Sequence record: ON968452.1
Origin: Pseudanabaena phage Pan1
Length of the DNA stretch: 40,000 nucleotides
Direction: 5' to 3' (one strand)
In this document: one piece after another, positions 26,806 through 35,212 of the stretch
Position numbering within the stretch: position 1 is the first letter of the stretch
Layout: every line of letters begins with the position of its first letter
Program-made: the position numbers and the translations under genes
The notes under the pieces: generated by a model
The model's input: only the letters and a program-made list of their open reading frames with translations
What the model was told of the DNA's origin: nothing
The model's database searches: none

Positions 26806-27294
26806 ATGCCCAAGGTCGAACACCGCAAAGCCCGCAAGGACTACCCCGCCCAGGGGATCAAGGCCGGCGAGATGTACTACTTCTGCGAGATGAAAACCGG
26901 ACCGCGGTCGTCCAAGACGATGCGTTCCAAGACACCGTTTAAACGGTGGGAGCTGACGACGTCCGAGTATCTCTCGACGCTGTGGCAGATCGAGGACCGC
27001 ATCACCGAGTTCGCGGGCGACTACTCGGACCTCGAGGACATCATCGCGGAGCTCGAGCAGCTGCGCGACGAGACGCAGGAGAAGTTCGACAACATGCCCG
27101 AAGGCTTGCAGCAGGGCGACTCAGGTCAGACGCTCGAGCAGCGCGTCAGCGAGCTGGACGACCTCATCACGACCCTGCAGGGCATCGACGAACCGGAAGA
27201 ACCCGAGAGCGACGAGGACGACGAGGATGAGGGCAGTGGTCTTGAGGATGATCCCTTCGAGTCGTTCCGCGAAGAGGTCCGCAATGCTCTCTGA
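26806..27294 (+). CDS. Hypothetical acidic protein
   Basis: EEPESDEDDEDEGSGLEDDPFESF acidic C-terminus. Confidence 0.6.
   Translation: MPKVEHRKARKDYPAQGIKAGEMYYFCEMKTGPRSSKTMRSKTPFKRWELTTSEYLSTLWQIEDRITEFAGDYSDLEDIIAELEQLRDETQEKFDNMPEGLQQGDSGQTLEQRVSELDDLITTLQGIDEPEEPESDEDDEDEGSGLEDDPFESFREEVRNAL
26936..26945. promoter_or_regulatory. CGTTTAAACG palindrome site 6
   Basis: In CDS; CCG-TTT-AAA-CGG; context CCGTTTAAACGG. Confidence 0.6.
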
Positions 27295-27511
27295 GCAGGA
27301 GATGCTCGTCCCGCTGGTGCTTGCCGAGATCCGCGACATCCTGGTTGCGGATCACGGCGCCTTCGACGACCTGCGCGCCGAGGGAGGCGAGTTCGTCTGG
27401 ACGTTCGAGGGTCAAACCGTGCGGTGCGACATCCCGAAGATCGACAACGTCCACCTCGCTGCAAGAAAGTGCGCGGTCAAGCTCACAACCCGGTTGCGTG
27501 ACGACGTATAA
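27284..27511 (+). CDS. Hypothetical small protein
   Basis: Overlaps the previous gene; ends just before the site D promoter. Confidence 0.5.
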   Translation: MLSEQEMLVPLVLAEIRDILVADHGAFDDLRAEGGEFVWTFEGQTVRCDIPKIDNVHLAARKCAVKLTTRLRDDV

Positions 27512-27522
27512 CTCGCTTATAC
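27494..27522 (+). promoter_or_regulatory. Sigma70-like promoter overlapping operator-like dyad (site D)
   Basis: TTGCGT (27494-27499), 17 bp, TTATAC (27517-27522); exact ATAACTCGCTTAT at 27508-27520. Confidence 0.6.
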
Positions 27523-27570
27523 ATTCGGTGTGGGGCGACGTTCGCCCCCGCCCATCAACGGAGACACACG

Positions 27571-29211
27571 ATGACCTTCAAAGCTTCCCCCGCGCAGCAA
27601 GCGTTCTACAACTGGGTCGAGACCGACTCGGGCAACTGCATACTGAACGCGGTCGCAGGTGCCGGCAAAACCACCACGATCCTAAACGGCATCGCCCGCA
27701 TGAAGGGCAAGGTGTGGTTCGGCGTCTACAACAAGAAGATGGCGACCGAGATCAAGGAAAAGCTCGAGGCCCGCAAGGACCTGAAGGCCCGCACCGAGTT
27801 CAAAGCGAGCGACCGCGTCGAGTCCTCGACGTTCCACTCGCTCGGCCTGTCGCTGCTGCGTTCGGCCGTCGGCAAGGGCGTGAAGGTTGACGTTGACGAG
27901 AAGAAGGTTGAGCGCATCGTCGACCGCCTGATCGCCGAGCGCGAAGCCGTCGAGCAGCAGCGTCGTGACGACCTGCGCGACATCGCGGGCGCGGTGACCT
28001 CCATCGTGTCGATGGCGAAGAACCGCGGTTTCGTCGGCCCGAAGGTTGCCGCGGAGCTTGGCCTGACCGATGCGTCGTCCACCGATGCGTGGATGTCGAT
28101 GCTCGAGACCTTCGACCTGCTCGAGTCGATCCCGGAAGGCCTCGAGTCGACCGCGATCAAGTTCGCTCGCGCGGTCCTGATGCGTTCCAACGAAGACATG
28201 ACCACGGTCGACATGGACGACATGGTTTACCTGCCGCTCGCCCGCAACGTGCGCCTGGCCCCGTGGCACATGTTCGACTGGGTCCTCGTCGATGAGGCGC
28301 AGGACACCAACCCGACGCGCCGCGCGCTCGCCCGCAAGGTGATGTCCCACCGCGCTCGCCTCGTCGCTGTCGGCGACCCCCACCAGGCGATCTTTGGCTT
28401 CACCGGCGCAGACAACGACTCGCTGCAGCAGATCCGCGACGCGTTCAACGCGAAGGAACTGCCGCTGACCGTGACCTACCGCTGCCCGAAGGCTGTCGTC
28501 GAGCACGCCCGTCAGTGGGTGTCCCACATCACGGCGCACGAGTCGGCTCCCGAGGGTGAAGTCCTGACCCAGCCCTATGGCGCCTTCGTCGACTCGCTGC
28601 CGATGATCGACCGCGCCCACTACGGCGAGACGGCGATCCTGTGCCGCTACAACAAGTACCTGGTCGGCCTGTGCTTCAAGATGATCCGCATGGGCCTGCC
28701 CGCGAAGATCGAAGGTCGTTCCATCGGTGAAGGCCTGGTCAAGCTGGCGACCCGCTGGAAGGCAGTCAAGACGGTGAACGGCCTCGAGACGAAGCTCCGC
28801 GAGTACGAGGAGCGCGAGGTCGCGAAGGCTCTCGCGAAGCAGCAGGAGTCGAAGGCTGACCGCATCACCGACGAAGTCGCGACCCTCCTGACCATCATCG
28901 AACGCGTCCGCGCCAACAACGCCGACCGCGTGGAAGACGTCGTCGCCTGCATCGAAGAGATCTTCGCTGACGGCGTGGCGGGCAAGGGCCTCATCACGCT
29001 GTGCTCGGCGCACAAGTCGAAGGGCCTCGAGTGGGAGACCGTCTACATCCTGGACCGCGAGGCCCTGATGCCGTCGAAGTTCGCGAAGCAGGATTGGCAG
29101 GTCGAGCAGGAGCGGAATCTGATCTACGTCGCTGTCACCCGCGCCAAGGCGAAGCTGGTCGAAGTGACCGGCGTCGTCGAGGAGAAGGATCCGACGAAGG
29201 AGGCCGCGTGA
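27571..29211 (+). CDS. Second UvrD/Rep-like SF1 helicase
   Basis: LNAVAGAGKTTTILN, WVLVDEAQDTNPTRR, AVGDPHQAIFGFTGAD, LCSAHKSKGLEWETVYIL, VAVTRAKAKLVEV. Confidence 0.92.
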   Translation: MTFKASPAQQAFYNWVETDSGNCILNAVAGAGKTTTILNGIARMKGKVWFGVYNKKMATEIKEKLEARKDLKARTEFKASDRVESSTFHSLGLSLLRSAVGKGVKVDVDEKKVERIVDRLIAEREAVEQQRRDDLRDIAGAVTSIVSMAKNRGFVGPKVAAELGLTDASSTDAWMSMLETFDLLESIPEGLESTAIKFARAVLMRSNEDMTTVDMDDMVYLPLARNVRLAPWHMFDWVLVDEAQDTNPTRRALARKVMSHRARLVAVGDPHQAIFGFTGADNDSLQQIRDAFNAKELPLTVTYRCPKAVVEHARQWVSHITAHESAPEGEVLTQPYGAFVDSLPMIDRAHYGETAILCRYNKYLVGLCFKMIRMGLPAKIEGRSIGEGLVKLATRWKAVKTVNGLETKLREYEEREVAKALAKQQESKADRITDEVATLLTIIERVRANNADRVEDVVACIEEIFADGVAGKGLITLCSAHKSKGLEWETVYILDREALMPSKFAKQDWQVEQERNLIYVAVTRAKAKLVEVTGVVEEKDPTKEAA

Positions 29212-29405
29212 TGCAGAAGGGAGCTCGCGAACTGCTGAAGCAGCTTCCAGGATGGGAGGCGACGCTCACGCGTCGCCACATCCGCCTGGTGCACAAGGAA
29301 ACCGGAGCCGTGGTGATCACGTCGAGCACGCCCTCGGATCATCGCACGTTGAAGAACACCCTCGCGCAATGCCGGCGCGCCGTGAAAGGATCGACCAATG
29401 GGTGA
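29211..29405 (+). CDS. HicA-like small protein (orphan)
   Basis: ELLKQLPGWEATLTRRHIRLVHKETGAVVITSSTPSDHRTLKNTLAQCRRA resembles the HicA dsRNA-binding fold. Confidence 0.4.
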   Translation: MQKGARELLKQLPGWEATLTRRHIRLVHKETGAVVITSSTPSDHRTLKNTLAQCRRAVKGSTNG

Positions 29406-29661
29406 AGTCATCGCACTCCCGCAGCGCCGCCCGAGCAAGGCGGACATCGCGTTCGCGCCCATCGTGAGCCAGTTCGAGATCGACACCGCAGAGGCTGCGC
29501 AGCGCTGCGCGGCTCTCGCGGTGAAGCTCCGCTGGGCCTGCGTGATCGGCGCGTCCATCGCTTACCACGAGGACATGCCGTTCCTCGCTGTGCATCTCGT
29601 CGCGGCCGCGTTCCTCGCGCGTCGCATCGTTCACTGGGTGAAAGGAGCTCCCAATGTCTGA
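29398..29661 (+). CDS. Hypothetical membrane protein
   Basis: ATG overlaps the previous stop; hydrophobic C-terminal half. Confidence 0.5.
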   Translation: MGEVIALPQRRPSKADIAFAPIVSQFEIDTAEAAQRCAALAVKLRWACVIGASIAYHEDMPFLAVHLVAAAFLARRIVHWVKGAPNV

Positions 29662-29797
29662 TGAAGCACTCGCCGCCTTCCGCCGTGACATCGTGCGCAA
29701 GCAGCAGTTCGACCTCGTGCGCTTGCACGTCTGGTCGGCAACGAAGATCCTCCTGGTCGTCGCGTTCGCCGTTGCGATGTACTGGGTCCATTCCTGA
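29654..29797 (+). CDS. Very small single-TM protein (47 aa)
   Basis: MSDEALAAFRRDIVRKQQFDLVRLHVWSATKILLVVAFAVAMYWVHS; read from the nucleotides, absent from the supplied ORF track. Confidence 0.45.
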   Translation: MSDEALAAFRRDIVRKQQFDLVRLHVWSATKILLVVAFAVAMYWVHS

Positions 29798-29809
29798 AAG
29801 GAGACAACC

Positions 29810-30439
29810 ATGGCGACCGTGAAACTGACCCGCGCAATCCGTGAGGCGATCCAGGAGGCCGTGATCAAGCACGCCTACCTCGCTCGTTGTCAGGCGCACG
29901 TCGATGCTGAGCGCAAGTTCGTCGAGGACATCTGGAACGATGTCGTCTCGGAAGACATGGCTCATCGGATGCGCAACCTGCCCGAAGGCTGGCTCCCGAT
30001 GGACAACGACTTCAAGGCGTACTTCGACACCGAGGCCCAGGGCCTGTACTTCGCGACGGGTCTCGGCTACTCGATGCCGAATGGGTTCTACAAGCTGGGC
30101 GTGCGCTGCCCGGACTCGGAATCCTCGAAGCGTCGCATGCCGTCGGCCTGGGCCGCGGGCAACGTCGTGAGGGTCTACCGCGACATGGAAACCATCGACC
30201 GCTTCCGCAAGCTCCAGAAGGCGCGCAAGGAGCTCGAGAAGGAGCTCGAGGACGCGAAGCGCTCGGTCATGAGCACCCTCGAGTCGGTGACGACGGTCAA
30301 GAAACTCATCGAGGTCTGGCCGGAGATCGAGACCTTCGCCAAGCCCTTCCTCGTCGAGGTCAAGGCCGAGGCCCGCGCCATCCTGCCCGACATCCCGCGC
30401 GCTCGCCTGAACGAGACGCTCCACCTGCCGCCCGTGTGA
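29810..30439 (+). CDS. Possible Nmad5-like (nucleotide-modification-associated) protein
   Basis: MATVKLTRAIREAIQEAVIKHAYLARCQ...NLPEGWLPMDNDFKAYF resembles my recollection of the Nmad5 family. Coding call is firm, family call weak. Confidence 0.4.
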   Translation: MATVKLTRAIREAIQEAVIKHAYLARCQAHVDAERKFVEDIWNDVVSEDMAHRMRNLPEGWLPMDNDFKAYFDTEAQGLYFATGLGYSMPNGFYKLGVRCPDSESSKRRMPSAWAAGNVVRVYRDMETIDRFRKLQKARKELEKELEDAKRSVMSTLESVTTVKKLIEVWPEIETFAKPFLVEVKAEARAILPDIPRARLNETLHLPPV

Positions 30440-30450
30440 AGGAGAACGAC

Positions 30451-31062
30451 ATGAAGGCAATCTCTCTCGACATCGAAACCCTGGACACGAGCACCTCGTC
30501 CGTCGTCCTGTCCATCGGCGCGGTCGTCGTGACGGCCGATGGCGTGGACCCGACGCGCACCTTCTACAAGCGCCTCGCCATCCAGGAACAGATCAACGCC
30601 CAGCGAACGATCTCGGAAAGCACCTTGCGGTTCTGGATGGCGCAGCACGCTGACGTCCGCGAGAACACCTGGGGCTCTGCCGTCCACGGCACGCTCGGCC
30701 AGCCCGTGCGGTTCGTCCTCGAGTCGCTGAAGGACTGGGTGCGTGATCAGGGCCGCACCTCCGTGCCCGTCTACGTCAAGGGCCCGCAGTTCGATGCGGC
30801 GATCATCGACGACCTGGCAGACACGTTCGCCATCGAGCGCCCGATCCACTACCGGCAGTGGCGCGACGTTCGCACGGTCGAGGATGTGCTGCGCATGTCC
30901 GGGCACGGCGACACCCTCGCCATGAAGCAGGACGCACGGCCCACGACGATGGCTCACGATGCGCTTGCGGACGCTGTGATGCAGGGCGACGCGATCTCGC
31001 TCCTCCTGCGTCTGCTGCGCGACCGTGTGAACGAGGAACCCGAGGCGGGAGCAAGCGAATGA
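30451..31062 (+). CDS. ExoVIII/Rv2179c-like 3'-5' exonuclease
   Basis: MKAISLDIETLDTSTSSVVLSIGAVV, VKGPQFDAAIIDDL, MAHDALADAVMQGDAI. Confidence 0.75.
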   Translation: MKAISLDIETLDTSTSSVVLSIGAVVVTADGVDPTRTFYKRLAIQEQINAQRTISESTLRFWMAQHADVRENTWGSAVHGTLGQPVRFVLESLKDWVRDQGRTSVPVYVKGPQFDAAIIDDLADTFAIERPIHYRQWRDVRTVEDVLRMSGHGDTLAMKQDARPTTMAHDALADAVMQGDAISLLLRLLRDRVNEEPEAGASE

Positions 31063-31553
31063 CCGAGGAACGCTTCCCGAAGGTGAACGCGTCCGCACGC
31101 GAGGAAGGGTGGGGCTTGATCACGGATCAGGCCCTGAAGATCCTCCCCGAGGATGTCGAGTCGCAGGCGCGGGCTGTCGCGCGCTGGGCCTACGACGAGA
31201 TCAAGCGGTTCACCGACCGCCACAACACGCAGGCGAACGAACTGGTCGCCCTCGAAAAGCAAGCAGCGGCTTCGAGCGCTGCGCTTGCACGCATCGTCCC
31301 GCGGTATCAGGGAACGAGACAGGCGCTGCTTCATCTCCGCGCAGAGCTGAGGCGCTCTGAGGCTGCTCGCGCCCAGGCCGATTGGAACGCAGCGGCGGCA
31401 CGGCTGAAAGTCGCCCAGGCTGAGGTCGTCCTTGCAGAAGCAGCAGCACGTCGCGGTGATCACGACATCCCGTCGAGCATCGAGGCGCGCGTGCTGCAGG
31501 AGTGGCTCGACGAGACGCGCGAGACGTCACGCAACGAGGAGGACGACGGATGA
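31059..31553 (+). CDS. Hypothetical coiled-coil protein
   Basis: Ala/Arg-rich helical sequence; ATGA overlap with the upstream gene. Confidence 0.6.
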   Translation: MTEERFPKVNASAREEGWGLITDQALKILPEDVESQARAVARWAYDEIKRFTDRHNTQANELVALEKQAAASSAALARIVPRYQGTRQALLHLRAELRRSEAARAQADWNAAAARLKVAQAEVVLAEAAARRGDHDIPSSIEARVLQEWLDETRETSRNEEDDG

Positions 31554-31813
31554 ATGGGTTCGACGCGCTCGGCCCCGGATGGGAGATGAAGACGACGCTT
31601 TCCGGCCAGCCTATGGCTTGGAAGCCGGGTTTCGAGGTGCATCAGCAGTTGGGTGTGGACGAGCAGGGCCTTCCGGTCTACGTTGCCATTGCGATCTCAA
31701 GTCGTTACCGCTTCGTCGCCTATGGCACCACGCCTCGGTTCGCGCTCGAAGGGGTGGCCGTCGAGATGCGCAAGTTCATCGACGAACTGGAAAGGCACCT
31801 GACCCATGTCTGA
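31550..31813 (+). CDS. Hypothetical small protein
   Basis: ATGA overlap with the upstream stop. Confidence 0.55.
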   Translation: MNGFDALGPGWEMKTTLSGQPMAWKPGFEVHQQLGVDEQGLPVYVAIAISSRYRFVAYGTTPRFALEGVAVEMRKFIDELERHLTHV

Positions 31814-32252
31814 AAACTCAGCCACCGTCACCTTGCGAACGCACCTCAAGGCGAACGGTTCACACGTTCAGCGGTTCGAGGACAAGCTGTCGCCGGGCAT
31901 CCCCGACACCATGGCAACCATCAACGGCTTCCCTGTCTTCCTCGAGGGGAAGTTCATCAAGGAGCTGCCCGCGAAGGACGACACGCTCGTCCGGTTCGGG
32001 TCGAAGGGTGAGGACCGCCTCACTCACCAACGCAACTGGCTGACCGCGCATCGCAAGGCCGGTGGTCTGTCGTTCTGGTGGGTGCGCGTGCGCGACGGTG
32101 GCTGGTACCTGTTCGAGGACAAGTTCAACTGGCTCACCGACGGTGTCCCGAAGCGTGTGCTCCTCGAGCAGGAAAACCTGGGATCTGCGAAGGCGATGGT
32201 CGCCCGTTTAAACGACGTGGTGGACAAGTACCTCAAGACGGCGTGGCTGTGA
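31806..32252 (+). CDS. Hypothetical protein
   Basis: Short overlaps on both sides; contains a GTTTAAAC site. Confidence 0.6.
   Translation: MSENSATVTLRTHLKANGSHVQRFEDKLSPGIPDTMATINGFPVFLEGKFIKELPAKDDTLVRFGSKGEDRLTHQRNWLTAHRKAGGLSFWWVRVRDGGWYLFEDKFNWLTDGVPKRVLLEQENLGSAKAMVARLNDVVDKYLKTAWL
32205..32214. promoter_or_regulatory. CGTTTAAACG palindrome site 7
   Basis: In CDS; CGT-TTA-AAC. Confidence 0.6.
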
Positions 32253-32584
32253 TGGCGAAGATCCCTGGTGTTCGCAAGGTTCGCGGTGAAGGCCACTGGG
32301 TTGCCACCCTCGACGGCAAGTGGATCACCAACCAGAAGCACGACACGCCGCAGGCCGCGCTCGATGAAGCGCGGTCGCACGTCGCGCAGAACTTCCACCT
32401 CGATCCTGGTCAGGAGCGGTTCGTGTCCGACATCGCGGCCGAACTGGGCATCCCGCGCCGCTACGTCGAGGAGCTGCCCGAGTTCAGACCTGACTACCAC
32501 CTGCACGTCGCGGATGGCATCTCTGGAGGCATGTATCCGCGCCCGAAGCAGGAGTGGACCTTGTTTCGCGAGGAAGCCACCTGA
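32252..32584 (+). CDS. Hypothetical small protein
   Basis: ATG overlaps the previous stop; ends at operator-like site E. Confidence 0.55.
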   Translation: MAKIPGVRKVRGEGHWVATLDGKWITNQKHDTPQAALDEARSHVAQNFHLDPGQERFVSDIAAELGIPRRYVEELPEFRPDYHLHVADGISGGMYPRPKQEWTLFREEAT

Positions 32585-32629
32585 TAACTGAGTTATAGCG
32601 CGGCGCCCGCTGTGCTATAACCGACTTAT
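32584..32629. promoter_or_regulatory. Tandem operator-like dyads (sites E and F) embedded in a larger inverted repeat
   Basis: ATAACTGAGTTAT (32584-32596) and ATAACCGACTTAT (32617-32629); GTTATAGC (32592-32599) pairs with GCTATAAC (32614-32621). Confidence 0.5.
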
Positions 32630-32646
32630 GATCAACGGAGGATTCC

Positions 32647-32970
32647 ATGCGGAAATGGATCAGACTCTCGGGTGCAGGTGAGTTCCGCGGCGAAGGCCGC
32701 TGGTTCCTCGTCGTGGGAGCCGAGATGGAAAAGGACTTCGACTACTGCAAGCGCACGGGACACTTCCCTGTTGCGTGGTCGGTCGAAGGTAAGGACAAGG
32801 TGAAGGCTGGCGCACGGACGCCCAACCTGGTGATCGAGGACGGCGTGCTGATCCACCAGTTCCACGACATCGCGGTGCCTGTGATCGGCAATGGTGATGC
32901 GGCGACGCGCTATGCTGCGAAGCAGCTCCAGAGCATCGTCGACCACCTGACCATCGAAGGGGCACGCTGA
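32647..32970 (+). CDS. Hypothetical protein
   Basis: ATG after ATCAACGGAGGATTCC. Confidence 0.6.
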   Translation: MRKWIRLSGAGEFRGEGRWFLVVGAEMEKDFDYCKRTGHFPVAWSVEGKDKVKAGARTPNLVIEDGVLIHQFHDIAVPVIGNGDAATRYAAKQLQSIVDHLTIEGAR

Positions 32971-33095
32971 TGGTCGTCATGTGGAAAGACACGGCCGCTG
33001 TGATCGGGCGCGACCCGCAGGCCGAGGACATCCAGTTCATCCTGACCGTCCGCGCGATGGCTCAGGACTTCAAGAAGCCGGGAGCGAAGTCATGA
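32970..33095 (+). CDS. Very small protein (41 aa)
   Basis: MVVMWKDTAAVIGRDPQAEDIQFILTVRAMAQDFKKPGAKS; fills the gap with stop/start overlaps both sides; absent from the ORF track. Confidence 0.4.
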   Translation: MVVMWKDTAAVIGRDPQAEDIQFILTVRAMAQDFKKPGAKS

Positions 33096-33412
33096 AGAAG
33101 TACGGTGTGACGCACAAGGGCACGGGCGCCGAGGTGTCGAGGTTCGACGACCTGCGCACGGCGAACGAGGTCGCGAAGTCGCTCGGCGACCACTTCACCA
33201 CCATCACCTGGGTCGGGTTCGGTGGCCTCCCCGCCGCTGCCTGCGTGATGCGCGACGATGGACAGCTCGAGACGATCTGCCTCTACCAGGCCGAGGCCGA
33301 GCGGGTCGCCGCTGTCAAGAACGAGATGCGGCAGGAGGGACACTCCTACCACGTCCAGATGGTCATGCTCAACACGGCCTATCCGCACGCGCATGGGGAG
33401 TACTCGGCATGA
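33092..33412 (+). CDS. Hypothetical protein
   Basis: ATGA overlap with the preceding mini-ORF. Confidence 0.55.
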   Translation: MKKYGVTHKGTGAEVSRFDDLRTANEVAKSLGDHFTTITWVGFGGLPAAACVMRDDGQLETICLYQAEAERVAAVKNEMRQEGHSYHVQMVMLNTAYPHAHGEYSA

Positions 33413-33774
33413 GGTTGAAGCTGATCAACTGGCTCGGGTTCGAGATCCTGCACCGTCGCGCAGACATGACCCGCCTGGGTCGCGCAACGCTGACGAGCAA
33501 GGACGCGGACGAGGCCGACCGTATGGTGGGGATCAAGCACGTCGTCGACTACCGCCTGCATATCGGCGCCCGCGCGAACGTCGATCCGGGCAAGGAAGAC
33601 GTCGCACGCGACCGCGTCTTCGGCATCCTGTGCCACGAGCTCTTCGACGATCTGATCTCGGAGATCTACAAGACGGAAGAGTGGGCGTTCCTGAACGGCT
33701 ACGACCCGGCGATCTGCAACCGCATCCGTCGCCTCGCGAACCTCGCCAAGGGACAGGAGGTCGAGGATGTCTGA
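33409..33774 (+). CDS. Hypothetical protein
   Basis: ATGA overlap. Confidence 0.55.
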   Translation: MRLKLINWLGFEILHRRADMTRLGRATLTSKDADEADRMVGIKHVVDYRLHIGARANVDPGKEDVARDRVFGILCHELFDDLISEIYKTEEWAFLNGYDPAICNRIRRLANLAKGQEVEDV

Positions 33775-34195
33775 ACGCATTCCGCAGATCCTCGGGATGC
33801 TCGAGGACGAGGTCTTGACCTACATCTGGGAGCACGCGCGGAACTCCTCGTTCGGCCCCGACGGCATCGCGTTCGGCTTGCGCCTGTTCGAGAACGTCCT
33901 CCCGCGCGAGGTTGCACGCGGTGTCCTGCGCAACCTGCGCGACAAAGGGCACCTCGTCTTCATGCGCGGCCTGTGGACGGAAGACGGGGAGCCTGCAGGT
34001 GCAGGGTATGCACTCACGGCCTCAACCGTCGCGCGTTTCCGATCACTCGAACCCGGCCTGGCAGACCTCGAGCGCGAGCGTTTAAACAGGGTCCTCGGGC
34101 GCAACCCGGACGCTGGCAAGTATGCACCGCACCTGATCGACCAGCCCTTCGACGTGAAGAAGGAGTATGGTGGCGACGGGTCGCTTCCGTTCTGA
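33767..34195 (+). CDS. Hypothetical protein
   Basis: Short overlap; contains a GTTTAAAC site. Confidence 0.55.
   Translation: MSERIPQILGMLEDEVLTYIWEHARNSSFGPDGIAFGLRLFENVLPREVARGVLRNLRDKGHLVFMRGLWTEDGEPAGAGYALTASTVARFRSLEPGLADLERERLNRVLGRNPDAGKYAPHLIDQPFDVKKEYGGDGSLPF
34079..34088. promoter_or_regulatory. CGTTTAAACA palindrome site 8
   Basis: In CDS; CGT-TTA-AAC. Confidence 0.6.
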
Positions 34196-34205
34196 GGAGG
34201 ACAAC

Positions 34206-34589
34206 ATGAACCGCAGATCACTGCTCGCCCTCCTGGGCTCCGCAACCCTCACCCCGTCCGTCTCGGTCAAAGCAGCGGCCGAGGCGCTCGGTGTGTCTGA
34301 AGCCATGTCGCTCTCGTCTGGCTTGGGCAACGTCGAGGTAGCAGGCATCGCGCCGGGCTCTCATGGGTCGTGGTGGGGCTCGCCCATGCAGATCATGCTC
34401 GACGCACGCGAACGCACGCAGCACGAGATGGCGAACGCGAAACCCTATCCCCACATGAAGTCCTGGGGCCATGGGTTCCGGTCGATGGTCGCGCAAAGGG
34501 ACAACCTGATCATGATGGCATACCGCCAGAAGATGCAGGAAGACATGGAATTCCGGGAGCGCGTCTTCCGTCAGTTGGGAGTCCTGTGA
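34206..34589 (+). CDS. Hypothetical protein
   Basis: ATG after GAGGAGGACAAC RBS. Confidence 0.6.
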   Translation: MNRRSLLALLGSATLTPSVSVKAAAEALGVSEAMSLSSGLGNVEVAGIAPGSHGSWWGSPMQIMLDARERTQHEMANAKPYPHMKSWGHGFRSMVAQRDNLIMMAYRQKMQEDMEFRERVFRQLGVL

Positions 34590-34894
34590 TGATCACGCGA
34601 GTCGAGCAACGCCGCGTCGTCGCACGCAAGAAGCATCGGTGCTGGGAGTGCGGTCACCTGATCGAGGTCGGTGAGGAGCACATCGACGACGTGCTGAAGG
34701 ACGATGCTGTCTACCACTATCGGGCGCATGGCGACTGCTACGCCTGCGCGATGGCGGTCGACGAGGCCCGCGGGTTCACGCTGTCCGGCGATGAGCGCTA
34801 CCCGCTGCACGAGGACGACGACTTCAAGGACGAACTCGACGCATGGGCGACCGAGTACCCGCGCGTCGTCGCACGCTTCCGGAGGCCGTCGTGA
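34589..34894 (+). CDS. Hypothetical protein with Cys-pair zinc-binding motif
   Basis: HRCWECGHLIEVGEEHI...HGDCYACAMAVDEARG. Confidence 0.55.
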   Translation: MITRVEQRRVVARKKHRCWECGHLIEVGEEHIDDVLKDDAVYHYRAHGDCYACAMAVDEARGFTLSGDERYPLHEDDDFKDELDAWATEYPRVVARFRRPS

Positions 34895-35208
34895 CCTTCG
34901 TCCTCAAGTGCTTCGCCGTGCTCGTCAACGGGTTCCCGAACGAGCAGATCTTCTACGCGCGAGACGCCGCGAGAGCGCGGGCGAGAGCCTGGGAGTCCTA
35001 TCGCTCCTATGCGGACATACCGTTCAAGCGTTTCCTGCAGATCTCGACGATCCGCCGCGCGGAGCCGCCCCGTGCGGACTTCGGCAAGAAGATCATGGTG
35101 GCCGACCTGCCGGCCTACTTCGTCAACTCAGACGGCCACTATGTCTGGTTCGTGCGTCCTGGCAAGGACCAGATCATGCTTTCCCACCCTCTCGACGTAA
35201 AGGAGTGA
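34891..35208 (+). CDS. Hypothetical protein (GTG start)
   Basis: GTGA overlap with the previous stop. Confidence 0.5.
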   Translation: MTFVLKCFAVLVNGFPNEQIFYARDAARARARAWESYRSYADIPFKRFLQISTIRRAEPPRADFGKKIMVADLPAYFVNSDGHYVWFVRPGKDQIMLSHPLDVKE

Positions 35209-35212
35209 ACCC

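Noticed and set aside
27682-29013. Long minus-strand ORF opposite the second UvrD-like helicase
   Set aside because: Antisense shadow of a high-confidence helicase.
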